Part shown: piece by piece, positions 39,008 to 48,879 of the stretch
How positions within the stretch are numbered: position 1 is the stretch's first letter
Layout of the letters: each line of letters starts with the position of its first letter
From: an uncultured bacterium
GTDB taxonomy: Bacteria; Desulfobacterota_D; UBA1144; Nemesobacterales; UBA2774
Reading direction: 5' to 3'
NCBI GenBank assembly: GCA_963825135.1
Contig: CAWGRW010000009.1
Span: 2,624,001 to 2,688,000 of the forward strand
Length of the DNA: 64,000 bases
Made by a program: the position numbers and the translations under genes
The notes under the pieces: model-generated
What the model was told of the DNA's origin: nothing
The model's input: only the letters and a program-made list of their open reading frames with translations
The model's database searches: none

Positions 39008-41050
39008 TCACGACTTCGGTTGTTTCGGCTGTACCAGCATATAGCCCATCATCTCCAGGTGAAGCGCGGAGCAGAATTCGGTGCAGTAGAACGGGAACAC
39101 TCCCGGCTTGTCCGCGACGAACTTGACCGTGCTGCTCTCGCCCGGCTCGAGACTCAGGTTCACGTTGTAGCCGTCGATGGCAAACCCGTGCGTGGCGTCC
39201 CTCGCGCGCTCTACGTTCGTGATGTGGAGTGTGACGTTGTCGCCTTCCTCGAGCATTATGTGCTCCGGATTGAAGTGGCTCCTGATAGCCGACATCCATA
39301 CCTCGACGTTGTCTCCGTTACGCACGATCTTTTCGTTCCCTATCGACGCGGCTTCCGGATCGACGCTCATGGTCGCCGGGTTGAATCCGACTTCCGGGTA
39401 AACGAGCCATGGCTTAAGCTTGTCGGCCTTTATCATCTGCACGTAGTGAGGCTCGCCCACGCCTATGGGCATGTCGTAGAGGAGCTGCATGTTCTTGCCC
39501 GATATGTCTATGAGCTGGAAGTTCTGAGGATGCAGAGGCCCTACGGGAAGGAACCTGTCTATGGACCACTTGTTGAGCGCGACGCAGTATTTCCCGTCGG
39601 GGGACACCGTATCCCCTTCGGCGCAAACTACGTGGCCGATGTTGTACTGTACCGGTATCTTCTCGACTACGGTCCAGGCGTCGGGTCCGTCGTACTCAGG
39701 GGGCCCGAGCCTCCATTTGGCCAGGGTGCTCTCTACGAATACGCTCGTATAAGCGTTGCCCTTGTCGTCGAACTGGGTATGAAGAGGGCCTAATCCAATC
39801 TCGACCTGCTTCTCCATTACGTCGTTGAAGTTGAGGATCGGGACTCCGTATGGGTCCTTTCCCTCGATCTTGTTGTTCTTGATGGCGTCCATTATCTTGT
39901 TGAAGGAATAGACGGTGGCATGGGTGTCGAGCTTGCCGGACGCGATTATGAAGTTACCCGTTGGGGAAACGTCCACGCCGTGCGGGCTCTTGGGTACCGT
40001 CATGAAATACAGAAGCCCTTCCGCGACCGCGGTATCGAGCGAAATGATGTTCATCCCGTTTAACTTCTTGTACTTGCCCTGTTTAAAGACTTCCTCGGCC
40101 TTCTTCCAGTTAAATACATGGAGGTAATCCGCTTCCCTTTGCGACACGCCTGCCTCATAAGGCGGGTTCCCCTCGTTTATTCCGCCTGTCGCCATCTCTG
40201 AATTGATGGAGTTGCAGAATGCCCATCCGTCGCTCACCTTCTTTCCGGCGTCGCAGAGGTCCTGCCAGTAAGGCGGGAGCACTATGGCGAACGACTGGGA
40301 TTCGTCTATCCTGCCCTTCTCCCTGTCGAACTTGTGGAACGTGATGAGTCCCCTGTACTTTTCCTTGTACTGGTCCATCCCCGCGTAATCATCGAAGGGG
40401 AGAGGGGCCGCGTACTGGGTAGTCTCGATAACGTACTCCGTATTAGGCGTTACAAAGGTTGCGCCGTGATCGGAGATCGTATTGGGGTTCTTTAATATCT
40501 GCTTGGTTTCGAAATCGCGCAGGTCTATGACGGCTACCCTGGCGTTCGCCTTGTCGTTCACAAACAGGAACTGACCGTCGTAATCCCCGTTCGTTTCGCT
40601 GAGCCCCGGGTGATGGACGTCGGCCCACGAAAGCGTGTTGTCCTTTTTCTCGGGCATGTTGCCCTTTGCAAGAATGTCATGGGATTCCACTGACCCGGTC
40701 CCCCATCCCTGCCAGGGCTCCGGCGTAAATACGGCTATCGACTTGAGAAGCCTCATGGAAGGGACTCCTATCACGAACACCTGACCTGAATGCCCGCCTG
40801 AGGCGAACATAACGTAATCGTCAAATTTCCCCGACGGCACGTAAGTCTTGAGAGCCGCAACGACGTCCTTGGGCGTAAGCCCCCTCGACGCCGCTATCTG
40901 CTCAGCGCTTTCCGGTAATTCCGTGCCGGCTGTCTCCTGTTTATCCGCCTTCTTCTCGGTGCCGGCGTTCTTACAGCTCGTAAAACAAACCGGCGCGAGA
41001 GCAAGCAGAAAAACAGGCAATAACGCTAATAATCTTTTAATTCCTATCAT
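39008..41050 (-). CDS. nosZ: Sec-dependent (clade II) nitrous oxide reductase
   Basis: FASGGHSG, DVHHP, SDHG, KSPHGVDV, GPLHTQF, YNIGH, EPHY and CuA H..CTEFCSALHLEM motifs; no twin-Arg; AGGAGG before ATG 41050. Confidence 0.97.
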   Translation of the reverse strand: MIGIKRLLALLPVFLLALAPVCFTSCKNAGTEKKADKQETAGTELPESAEQIAASRGLTPKDVVAALKTYVPSGKFDDYVMFASGGHSGQVFVIGVPSMRLLKSIAVFTPEPWQGWGTGSVESHDILAKGNMPEKKDNTLSWADVHHPGLSETNGDYDGQFLFVNDKANARVAVIDLRDFETKQILKNPNTISDHGATFVTPNTEYVIETTQYAAPLPFDDYAGMDQYKEKYRGLITFHKFDREKGRIDESQSFAIVLPPYWQDLCDAGKKVSDGWAFCNSINSEMATGGINEGNPPYEAGVSQREADYLHVFNWKKAEEVFKQGKYKKLNGMNIISLDTAVAEGLLYFMTVPKSPHGVDVSPTGNFIIASGKLDTHATVYSFNKIMDAIKNNKIEGKDPYGVPILNFNDVMEKQVEIGLGPLHTQFDDKGNAYTSVFVESTLAKWRLGPPEYDGPDAWTVVEKIPVQYNIGHVVCAEGDTVSPDGKYCVALNKWSIDRFLPVGPLHPQNFQLIDISGKNMQLLYDMPIGVGEPHYVQMIKADKLKPWLVYPEVGFNPATMSVDPEAASIGNEKIVRNGDNVEVWMSAIRSHFNPEHIMLEEGDNVTLHITNVERARDATHGFAIDGYNVNLSLEPGESSTVKFVADKPGVFPFYCTEFCSALHLEMMGYMLVQPKQPKS

Positions 41051-41091
41051 ATCTGCACACCTCCTCATGTGTGATGGGTTTTTTAAATCAG

Positions 41092-41481
41092 TTACTTTTT
41101 GTTGGAATCCTCGTATTTGAAATAATCGATAAGGGTCTGTATTTCCTCGTCGGAGAGCCCCAGGTTCGGCATCGGGACCATATACACACCGAGCATCTCC
41201 TTTGCCACAGGGTCAGTCATGATCATGGTGTCGGGAGACTTGAGCCACTTCTTGAGCCACTCCTCGTCCCTCCTTTGCGTAACGCCCAGCAGATCGGGCC
41301 CCGTGATTTTGCCCTTCCCTATGGAATGGCACGCCGTACATCCCCGCTCCTGGAAGATCTTTTTACCTTGTTCGACCTCCGCCTGATCTCCGCGGGAGGC
41401 GGATATAAACAAATTCAAGCTCAAGGTGATAACGAGCACCGTCAATAGAACCCCGAACAGGGGTGAGATAATCTTTTTCAT
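41092..41481 (-). CDS. Monoheme cytochrome c upstream of nosZ (NosC-like)
   Basis: Signal/TM segment, CTACH, GPDL, MPNL; AGGAGG RBS. Confidence 0.9.
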   Translation of the reverse strand: MKKIISPLFGVLLTVLVITLSLNLFISASRGDQAEVEQGKKIFQERGCTACHSIGKGKITGPDLLGVTQRRDEEWLKKWLKSPDTMIMTDPVAKEMLGVYMVPMPNLGLSDEEIQTLIDYFKYEDSNKK

Positions 41482-41515
41482 GGGTATCAAAAGCCTCCTT
41501 TTACTGCTGCTATTA

Positions 41516-41531
41516 TGAAAATTAAATGCCA
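41516..41531 (-). promoter_or_regulatory. Possible sigma-54 promoter of the nos operon with a variant -12
   Basis: Minus strand TGGCATTTAATTTTCA (GG-N10-TC instead of GC). Confidence 0.45.
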
Positions 41532-41580
41532 GTCGTAATTCCCTGTAATTATTTGTATTAATAAACCTGCCCGTGTCGAT

Positions 41581-41597
41581 TGTCCGAAAATAGTACA
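41581..41597. promoter_or_regulatory. TGT-N11-ACA candidate enhancer
   Basis: TGTCCGAAAATAGTACA; 15/17 identical to the site at 26079. Confidence 0.6.
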
Positions 41598-41603
41598 AAA
41601 AAA

Positions 41604-41621
41604 TGAGTGTGCGCTCACTCA
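41604..41621. promoter_or_regulatory. 18-bp palindrome, TetR-operator-like
   Basis: TGAGTGTGCGCTCACTCA, 8 of 9 pairs complementary. Confidence 0.5.
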
Positions 41622-41722
41622 GGGGACGGCCAAAAGCCGACGTGACGAAAATACGCCGGCCGTCCGGAAAAATTAAGATAGAAAACTAATATTATTATCT
41701 AATCAGATTTTGCTGATAATGA

Positions 41723-41750
41723 TTGACAGTGATTAGTCCGGTGTTAATTT
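41723..41750 (+). promoter_or_regulatory. Sigma-70-like promoter of the GT4 genes
   Basis: TTGACA-16bp-TAATTT with a TGn extension. Confidence 0.45.
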
Positions 41751-41768
41751 TCTTGTCAGCCCTGGAAA

Positions 41769-43166
41769 ATGAAAACCGACATAATTTTTTTAACCGGAGA
41801 CTATCCGGGTATCACCGGAGATGATGATCCCAACGGAATATACTTTTACGATGTCGCCCGATGCCTGTGCGAAGAAGCCGGAAAGCGCATACAGGTAGCG
41901 GCCTTCCGCATCGGCGGGAAGGAATACTTCGAGGAAAAAAACGGATTATCGGTAACGCGCTTCGACCTGCCCCGCGACGGCGGCCGCGCCGACGGGCGGC
42001 CCACGAGCGACGTCGAGCTCATGTACTCCCACCGCATGTACGCTAAGGCCGTCTCCGCCCTGGCCTTGCACGCCGTGCGCATGGCGGAAGCCTTCGGGAA
42101 GGATACGCCCGTCTGGTGCCACGGTATCGAGACTAGCGGGGCCGCGATTGAGCTCAGGAAAAGAGGCTTTCCCGTAGTCTCCGCGACGCATTACCTTATA
42201 GCTCAGGAACTGATGAACAGGCTCGAGGCCTACGAGGACCCTGAGAGAGCCGGTTACTTCGCACGTACGGTTTCGTACTACGCAGGCGCGCTGATACCGC
42301 GGAGGCACAGGCCCGGATTGCTGAGGTTTCTATCTCGTACGGCGCCCGTACTCTCTCTACTCCCCCTTCCGGATGCGCTTGAGCTTCTCGGGAAGCTCGT
42401 GAGCGAGGCACAATTGATCGAGGCCTCGCACCTCGTTACGGCCGTAAGCCCCGGACTCGCTGAATCCATAGCGGAGCTCCACCCGGCATCGCGGAACAAA
42501 TTGAGGGTCTCCGTCGCGGGAGCCCCTGCCCCGTCCGCGGGCTCGCGCTGGCCGTTCCCGGTCAGGGACGACAGGCTGCGTCTTGTGATGGTCGGAAGGC
42601 CCGTTCCGAGCAAGGGATGGGACTACGTCGCCCGGGCGCTCAAAAACATTGAATCGGTCAGGCCCGCCGAAGCGGGCAGACTGGAAATTACACTGATAGG
42701 AAACTCGGAGAAATTGGGCGGCGCCTACGGGCGCCGGATAGACGAGAACTTCAAAAGTCTGAAGTCGGTGTCGTATTTCAGTATGGAGTGGCTCCCGAAC
42801 AAGAGGGTGCTGGAAATCATGTCCGCGGCTGACGCGCTCATCCTGCCCTCGGTGTTCGAGTCATTCGGACTCGTGATACTGGAAGCCATGGCAAACGGAT
42901 GCATGGTCCTGGCGTCGGACGCGGACGGGCCCCGGAGCATCGTGAAAGCCCCGTGGGGAATTATCGCCAATTTTCAGGACCCGGAGAGAAGAGCCCGCGA
43001 AATAGAGCGCGGTATCCTGAAATTACTTTCCCTGTCGAGAGAAGAGATAAACGCGCTCGGGGAGGATGCCCGGGCCGCCTCCCGCCGATACACATGGAAG
43101 AAGTGCGCGGATGCGCATGCGGCGGTGCTTGAAGAGGCCCGCCTGTTTGTCTCGGGAGTCGGCTAA
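41769..43166 (+). CDS. Glycosyltransferase family 4
   Basis: GRP.PSKG, LILPSVFESFGLVILEAMA, YTWKKCA. Confidence 0.9.
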   Translation: MKTDIIFLTGDYPGITGDDDPNGIYFYDVARCLCEEAGKRIQVAAFRIGGKEYFEEKNGLSVTRFDLPRDGGRADGRPTSDVELMYSHRMYAKAVSALALHAVRMAEAFGKDTPVWCHGIETSGAAIELRKRGFPVVSATHYLIAQELMNRLEAYEDPERAGYFARTVSYYAGALIPRRHRPGLLRFLSRTAPVLSLLPLPDALELLGKLVSEAQLIEASHLVTAVSPGLAESIAELHPASRNKLRVSVAGAPAPSAGSRWPFPVRDDRLRLVMVGRPVPSKGWDYVARALKNIESVRPAEAGRLEITLIGNSEKLGGAYGRRIDENFKSLKSVSYFSMEWLPNKRVLEIMSAADALILPSVFESFGLVILEAMANGCMVLASDADGPRSIVKAPWGIIANFQDPERRAREIERGILKLLSLSREEINALGEDARAASRRYTWKKCADAHAAVLEEARLFVSGVG

Positions 43167-43209
43167 CATGCCGGCCGACGCCGAGGTATAATTCCTGCAG
43201 CTTCCATAA

Positions 43210-44592
43210 TTGATCGATATGAACCCGGCCAAAGAAAATATTACAGACGTACTCCTTGTCACCGTAAATTTTCCCACCATGGACACGAACATGGACGGAA
43301 TGGGGATATATACCGTTAACTCCACGAAATACCTGATGGAACTGACCGGGTGGAAAATTCGGGCGGTCGTTTTCAGGTTCCCCGGACAGGAAGCTTACGA
43401 GGAGAGAGACGGCTTGAGCATAGAGCGTATCGACCCGCCCCTCGGCATACTCCATTACAACGAATTGTATTATCCCCAGAATTTCAGAATCGCCGCTTCG
43501 CACCTCGCCGCGGCCGCCTCGCGGACCGCATCCGGGATGAACGGGACTACCAGGGTATGGTGCCACGGCTACGAGACCGGTATGGCCTCTAAAGCGCTGG
43601 CCGGGGCCGGTTATCACGTAGCGGGAGTCGTTCATTACCTGGTCGCTCAGGACCTGCTCCATCGTTTTCAAAATGCGGACGACCCGTTGAGAAAGAGCCT
43701 TAACGACGACGCGTTGTCCACCGCGGTCGGAGGAATCTGTCCCGCGAGGCTCCGTCCCGCGCTTATAAGATTCTTGTCCCTGTGCGCCCCGGCGCTCTGC
43801 AGGCTGCCGATACCCGACAGGCTCGAGCTGATGTACAAGCTCGAACAGGAGTCTCTGCAGATGAAGTCCTCCAGGCGGATCGTGGCCGTGAGTCCGGGGT
43901 TCGGAGACACTATCGTGAGTTACTATCCCGGCGTGAGGGATAAAATAAGCGAATGCGTCGCGGGCTCGCCCCCTCCCTCATCCGGCTCTGACTGGCCCTT
44001 TCCCATCCGCGGGGAGCGTCTTCGACTGGTCATGGTTGGGAGGCCCGCGCCCCAGAAGGGTTGGGACTACGTCGCCGAGGCGCTCGGGAGACTCGAGTCA
44101 AGGAGACCCGACCAGGCGGCAAGGGTGGAGCTGGCCGCGATCGGGGGTATCGGAGACTGGGGCGGAGGTTTCAGCGACCGGACGTATCAGAGGTTCCTCG
44201 GGCTTAAGAAGATATCTCTGGCGAAGCTCGGAGAGATACCGAACGAGAGAGTCAGACGCATAATGTCCTCGGCCGACGCGCTCCTCCTGCCTTCGACCTT
44301 CGAGCCGTTCGGGCTGGTGGTGCTCGAAGCGATGGCGTCCGGGTGCATGGTGCTTTCGTCCGACTGCGACGGGCCGCGGGGAGTCGTGAAACCCCCATGG
44401 GGGATACTCATGCCGTTTCAGAACCCGAACGAAAGGGTACCCGCGCTCGAGGCCGGGATCAGTAAATTACTCTCCTTAACCAGGGCGGAGCTCGACGAGC
44501 GCGGCGAAGCGGGCCGCGCAGCCGCTGCCGGATACGACTGGAAGGAATGCGCCGGAATCCACGCGGAGGCGCTCAGGGGCGGCACGGCTTGA
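43210..44592 (+). CDS. Glycosyltransferase family 4 (paralog of the previous gene)
   Basis: GRPAPQKG, LLPSTFEPFGLVVLEAMASG; shares WCHG.ET, HYL.AQ and WPFP with its neighbour. Confidence 0.9.
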   Translation: MIDMNPAKENITDVLLVTVNFPTMDTNMDGMGIYTVNSTKYLMELTGWKIRAVVFRFPGQEAYEERDGLSIERIDPPLGILHYNELYYPQNFRIAASHLAAAASRTASGMNGTTRVWCHGYETGMASKALAGAGYHVAGVVHYLVAQDLLHRFQNADDPLRKSLNDDALSTAVGGICPARLRPALIRFLSLCAPALCRLPIPDRLELMYKLEQESLQMKSSRRIVAVSPGFGDTIVSYYPGVRDKISECVAGSPPPSSGSDWPFPIRGERLRLVMVGRPAPQKGWDYVAEALGRLESRRPDQAARVELAAIGGIGDWGGGFSDRTYQRFLGLKKISLAKLGEIPNERVRRIMSSADALLLPSTFEPFGLVVLEAMASGCMVLSSDCDGPRGVVKPPWGILMPFQNPNERVPALEAGISKLLSLTRAELDERGEAGRAAAAGYDWKECAGIHAEALRGGTA

Positions 44593-44648
44593 CCGCAGTC
44601 CGGTCCCCGGCGCTCGTAATCCCCGAATGGTGTATTATTAGAGGGATA

Positions 44649-46445
44649 TTGAGCGTCCCGAACTTCTCACGAAAAGACTTCATCCTTGATCTCATAAGAC
44701 CGTACCGGCTCATTATAGCTTTACTGATCGCCGCTTCTTTCCTCGCGGCCGCTTTCGAAGGCTTCTCGATCGGAATGCTCGTCCCGTTTCTGAGCTCGAT
44801 ACAGGGGATACACGACTATAGCGTCTTCCCCGGCCCCCTCCGGATACTCGTAAAATACTTCGACAGATACCCACCCGGGACTCAAATACTTTTCGCGTTG
44901 GGGCTCGCGGTCACGGGCGTTATGATCAAGAATCTCTTCCTGGCCGCGTCTATTCGGTTGGGATTCCGGCTCTCGGGCAAGCTCACCGCGGTATTGAGGT
45001 CCAGGGCCGCCGACACGCTGCTGAGCGTGAGCCTCGGTTATTACGACGAATCCAGGACCGGTCATCTGGCCGAATACGTCATCGGGCATACTCAGAGACT
45101 CGGCAAATTATTCGAGTCCTTCTCCTATCTGATTATAAACTTCATCAATTTTATCGTGCTTTTCGCCCTGCTCATCGTACTTTCATGGAAGCTCACGTTA
45201 ATAGCGATAGCACTTACCGGCGTTATCTCATTTCTCCTCTCGGGATTCATAAACAAATTGTCGCGTATAAGCAACACCGTCGCCGAGGACGCCAGAGAAT
45301 TATCGGGGTCGCTCTATGAAACCATAACCGGAATACGTCTCATCAAATCTCTTGTAAAAGAAAAGTCGATCGGTTCGATGCTCAAGGCGAAGATCGAGAG
45401 AGTCAGGCAGGACGAATACGAATTAAATTACAAGTCCGAGATGACGCAAATCTACACGGAGATGCTGGGGGTAATCGTCATCACCGTCATATTCCTGTTG
45501 GGTCTTTTGAAATTCAACATCGAGAATAAAGTGCTGATCACGCAGTTGATCCCGTTTATTTACGTAATCAACAGGCTCCTGTACATACTCAAAACACTCA
45601 ACGGCATAAAGGGGAATATAGTGAGCGGTGTGCCGTACATCGACCTCATCCACGACCTCATTCGAAAAGACAATAAGCCCGTCATCACGGACGGCGGCAC
45701 ACCGTTCACCGGTCTGGAGAAAGGCATAGATTTCAGATCCGTGACGTTCGCCTATACCGCAGGCTCCGAACCCGCGCTCGAGGGGGCGTGCTTTAACATC
45801 CCCAGGGGGAAGACGACGGCCTTCGTGGGCGAATCCGGGGCGGGGAAATCGACGATCATAAATCTCCTCCTTAGATTCTATGAGCAGCAGAGCGGAGAAA
45901 TCCTCGCAGACGGAGTGCCGCTTGAGAGCTTCAGTATAGATTCCTACAGGGAGAAAATAGGCATAGTGAGTCAGGACACGTTCATTTTCAACGACACCGT
46001 AAAGTCGAATATCGCATTCGGGGCACTGGGCACGCCTGCGGAGCAAGAGATCGTCGAAGCCGCGAAAAAGGCCGGGGCGCACGTCTTCATAGAAGGACTG
46101 CCCTCGGGCTACGACACGATACTCGGCGACAGGGGGGTGAAGCTGTCGGGGGGCGAGAGGCAGAGGATATCCATAGCGAGGGCGATATTGCGAAACCCCG
46201 AGATACTCATACTCGACGAAGCCACGAGCTCGCTCGATACGAGGACCGAGCAGCTCATACACAGGGCGATATCCGAGCTCAGTCTCAACAAGACGGTCAT
46301 CATTATCGCGCACAGGCTTTCGACGGTGAAGTCGGCCGACCGGATCGTGGTTTTAAAAAACGGACGCATCGCCGAGACCGGGAGCGAAACCGAGCTAATA
46401 GAGAAAAAGGGGGAGTACTACAATCTGGCGAAACATCAGGACTGA
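44649..46445 (+). CDS. MsbA/HepA-like ABC transporter (permease + ATPase)
   Basis: TM domain, GESGAGKST, LSGGERQR, DEATSSLD, IAHRLST; GAGGG before TTG 44649. Confidence 0.92.
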   Translation: MSVPNFSRKDFILDLIRPYRLIIALLIAASFLAAAFEGFSIGMLVPFLSSIQGIHDYSVFPGPLRILVKYFDRYPPGTQILFALGLAVTGVMIKNLFLAASIRLGFRLSGKLTAVLRSRAADTLLSVSLGYYDESRTGHLAEYVIGHTQRLGKLFESFSYLIINFINFIVLFALLIVLSWKLTLIAIALTGVISFLLSGFINKLSRISNTVAEDARELSGSLYETITGIRLIKSLVKEKSIGSMLKAKIERVRQDEYELNYKSEMTQIYTEMLGVIVITVIFLLGLLKFNIENKVLITQLIPFIYVINRLLYILKTLNGIKGNIVSGVPYIDLIHDLIRKDNKPVITDGGTPFTGLEKGIDFRSVTFAYTAGSEPALEGACFNIPRGKTTAFVGESGAGKSTIINLLLRFYEQQSGEILADGVPLESFSIDSYREKIGIVSQDTFIFNDTVKSNIAFGALGTPAEQEIVEAAKKAGAHVFIEGLPSGYDTILGDRGVKLSGGERQRISIARAILRNPEILILDEATSSLDTRTEQLIHRAISELSLNKTVIIIAHRLSTVKSADRIVVLKNGRIAETGSETELIEKKGEYYNLAKHQD

Positions 46446-46479
46446 CATATCGATCCGCGGCCGCGAGGGAAACGCGCGG

Positions 46480-47733
46480 TCAGCCGAATAACTTTTTGGC
46501 TTTTTTAATGGCCTCGACGGCGAGGTCTATTTCTTCTTTCGTATTGTACACGTAAAAGCTCATGCGGACGGCGAAGTCCATGCCGAGCTCGGACATCAGC
46601 GGCTGCGCGCAGTGGTGCCCGGAGCGGACGGCTATCCCCGCTTCGTCGAGTATCCCGGCGACGTCGTGCGGATGCACCCCGTCGACGTTGAAGGATACGA
46701 CCCCTACCCTCTCCTCCTCCCTGTCCCCGTGTCCGTAAACCGTGATCCAGTCATATTCTGAGAGCCTCCCGAGCGCGTACCCGAGCAGCTCCCGCTCATG
46801 GGCCTGGATGTTTTCAAGCCCGACGCCGGTCAGGTAATCCGCGGCCGCGCCCAGCGCAATCGCGCCCCCTATGTCGGGCGTGCCGGCTTCGAACTTCCAC
46901 GGAAGCTCGTTCCACGTGGATTTCTCCGTAGTCACCTTGGAGATCATATCCCCGCCGTAAAGGAAGGGGTCCATACTTTCGAGCAGCCCCGGCCTCCCGT
47001 AGAGGAACCCCGTCCCCGTGGGGCCCATCATCTTGTGCCCCGAGGCGGCAAGGAAATCACAGTCCATGTCTATAACGTCCACCGGCAGGTGGGGGACCGA
47101 CTGGGCCGCGTCTATGAGCACCAGCGCTCCCGCCTTCCGCGCCTCGGCCGCGATGCGTTTCACCGGGTTTACGGTGCCGAGCACGTTAGAGGCGTGCACG
47201 ACGCTCACGAGCCTCGTCCTGTCCGTGATGAGCCGGGGGAGGTCGTCCATTTTCAGATTCCCGCCCGCGTCCACCCCCAGGAATTTGAGCCTTATCCCTA
47301 TCCTGTCCCGGAGCATCTGCCACGGGACTATGTTCGAATGGTGCTCCATGAGCGTTATCAGCACCTCGTCGTCCTTTTTGAGGTTCCCCATGCCCCAGGC
47401 ATAAGCCACGAGGTTTATCGATTCCGTCGCGTTTCTCGTAAACACTATGCCGCGCCAGTCGTGGGCCCCGATGAACCGCGCCACCTTCTCGTGCGCCTCT
47501 TCGTACATGAGAGTGGATTCGTAGCTGAGGGTGTGCACTCCCCTGTGTATGTTCGCGTTATGGGTCTCGTAATAGTTTCTTAACGTGCCAATGACCACGT
47601 TCGGTTTCTGCGTGGTGGCCGCGTTGTCGAGGTAGGCGAGCGGCTTTCCGTGCACCTTGCGCCTGAGTATAGGGAAATCCTCTCTCAGCTTCGAGGGATC
47701 GAAAATAATTTTTTTGCCGGCCGCTTGTTCCAT
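46480..47733 (-). CDS. sufS: SufS-type cysteine desulfurase
   Basis: YLDNAATTQKP, EHHSN, SGHKM, RSGHHCAQP. Confidence 0.95.
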   Translation of the reverse strand: MEQAAGKKIIFDPSKLREDFPILRRKVHGKPLAYLDNAATTQKPNVVIGTLRNYYETHNANIHRGVHTLSYESTLMYEEAHEKVARFIGAHDWRGIVFTRNATESINLVAYAWGMGNLKKDDEVLITLMEHHSNIVPWQMLRDRIGIRLKFLGVDAGGNLKMDDLPRLITDRTRLVSVVHASNVLGTVNPVKRIAAEARKAGALVLIDAAQSVPHLPVDVIDMDCDFLAASGHKMMGPTGTGFLYGRPGLLESMDPFLYGGDMISKVTTEKSTWNELPWKFEAGTPDIGGAIALGAAADYLTGVGLENIQAHERELLGYALGRLSEYDWITVYGHGDREEERVGVVSFNVDGVHPHDVAGILDEAGIAVRSGHHCAQPLMSELGMDFAVRMSFYVYNTKEEIDLAVEAIKKAKKLFG

Positions 47734-47768
47734 AATATTTTCACGAATCCCGCCGCGCGCGGAGGGGT

Positions 47769-48144
47769 CTAGAGGCTTTTATTGGAGAGTAACGCCTTTT
47801 TGAGGACCTTCACCCCGAGGAGGGCGCATTTAAACCTGGTCGGAGAGACCGGGTTGCCGAGTGCGCCGAGCATCTCCTCGTCTTTCATAGTCAGGATATC
47901 TCCGACTGATTTCCCCTTCACGCTCTCCGTGAGTATGGAGACCGATGCCTGGCTTATCGCGCACCCGGTCCCCGAATACTTCACGTCCTCGATTACCCCG
48001 TCCCTCAAGCTTCACGTCTATCCTCACCAAGTCCCCGCACGAGGGTATCCCTTCCTCGTAGGACGCGTCGGCGCCTTCGATAGTTCCGTAGTTTCTCGGA
48101 TTCTTATAGTGGTCGAGAATGTATTCGTACTGTTCCGGTTCCAT
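47769..48144 (-). CDS. sufU: SufU/NifU-N Fe-S assembly protein, 1-nt insertion near 48004
   Basis: ILDHYKNPRNYG and SCGD in one frame; GCAISQAS and RFKCALL in the other; junction at a G run. Confidence 0.88.
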
Positions 48145-48288
48145 GATAGAAGCGGACCCGTTATCCCGGGCCCTTTTTTATTATACCAGAATAATCCGGG
48201 CGTTCATGCGCGTCGGCGGGAGCCGGCCGTCTCCGGGGACAGACTATCGCGCGGGCGCGCGTTATTGTCCTCCCCGGGCCGGAAAGTC

Positions 48289-48879
48289 CTACGAATGTAT
48301 CGTGCTTATCTTCGTGTCGAGCTTTCTGAGGGACTTCTCTATCTCGCCGAAGTTGCAGTTGACCACCCAGAAATAGTAGAGCTTCCTGTTCTCGGGGGCC
48401 GCGCTGAAAGAGAGCACCTTCTCGGAATTGGTCTGTATGATCTGGAGCACGTCGAAGAGGCCCATCCCTTCGGGCATCTGCACCTCGAGACGCTGCGGCT
48501 TCTCGTGGAACCCGAGCATCCTGAGGAGCGCGTCGAGAAGGTCGGTGACTGTGAGAATTCCGACGAGCTCACCTTTATTCGTTACGACGGGGAGCGCATT
48601 GAACTTGCCGCTCCTGATAATCTCGGCGGCGCCCTCGACGGAGGCGTAATCGAGTATCGTGATCGGGTCCTTCGTCATTATATCGCCTACTTTCGTGTCG
48701 CTCCTCCCGGAGAGGACCCCCCTTATGTTTCTGTCCGTTACTATACCTATGAGCTTGCCGTCCTCGACGACGGGACACTGCCTGAAATTGAGCTTCCTCA
48801 TGACATCGAGGGTCTCGTCCGCCCTCTTGTCGGGAGTAACTGTAATGGGGTTTGGAGTCATGAATTCCTTAACCAGCAT
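48289..48879 (-). CDS. CBS pair + ACT-like domain protein (AcuB-like)
   Basis: Two CBS motifs plus a C-terminal extension. Confidence 0.82.
   Translation of the reverse strand: MLVKEFMTPNPITVTPDKRADETLDVMRKLNFRQCPVVEDGKLIGIVTDRNIRGVLSGRSDTKVGDIMTKDPITILDYASVEGAAEIIRSGKFNALPVVTNKGELVGILTVTDLLDALLRMLGFHEKPQRLEVQMPEGMGLFDVLQIIQTNSEKVLSFSAAPENRKLYYFWVVNCNFGEIEKSLRKLDTKISTIHS

Noticed and set aside
41482..41768. FNR/DNR box upstream of nos
   Set aside because: No TTGAT-N4-ATCAA match seen
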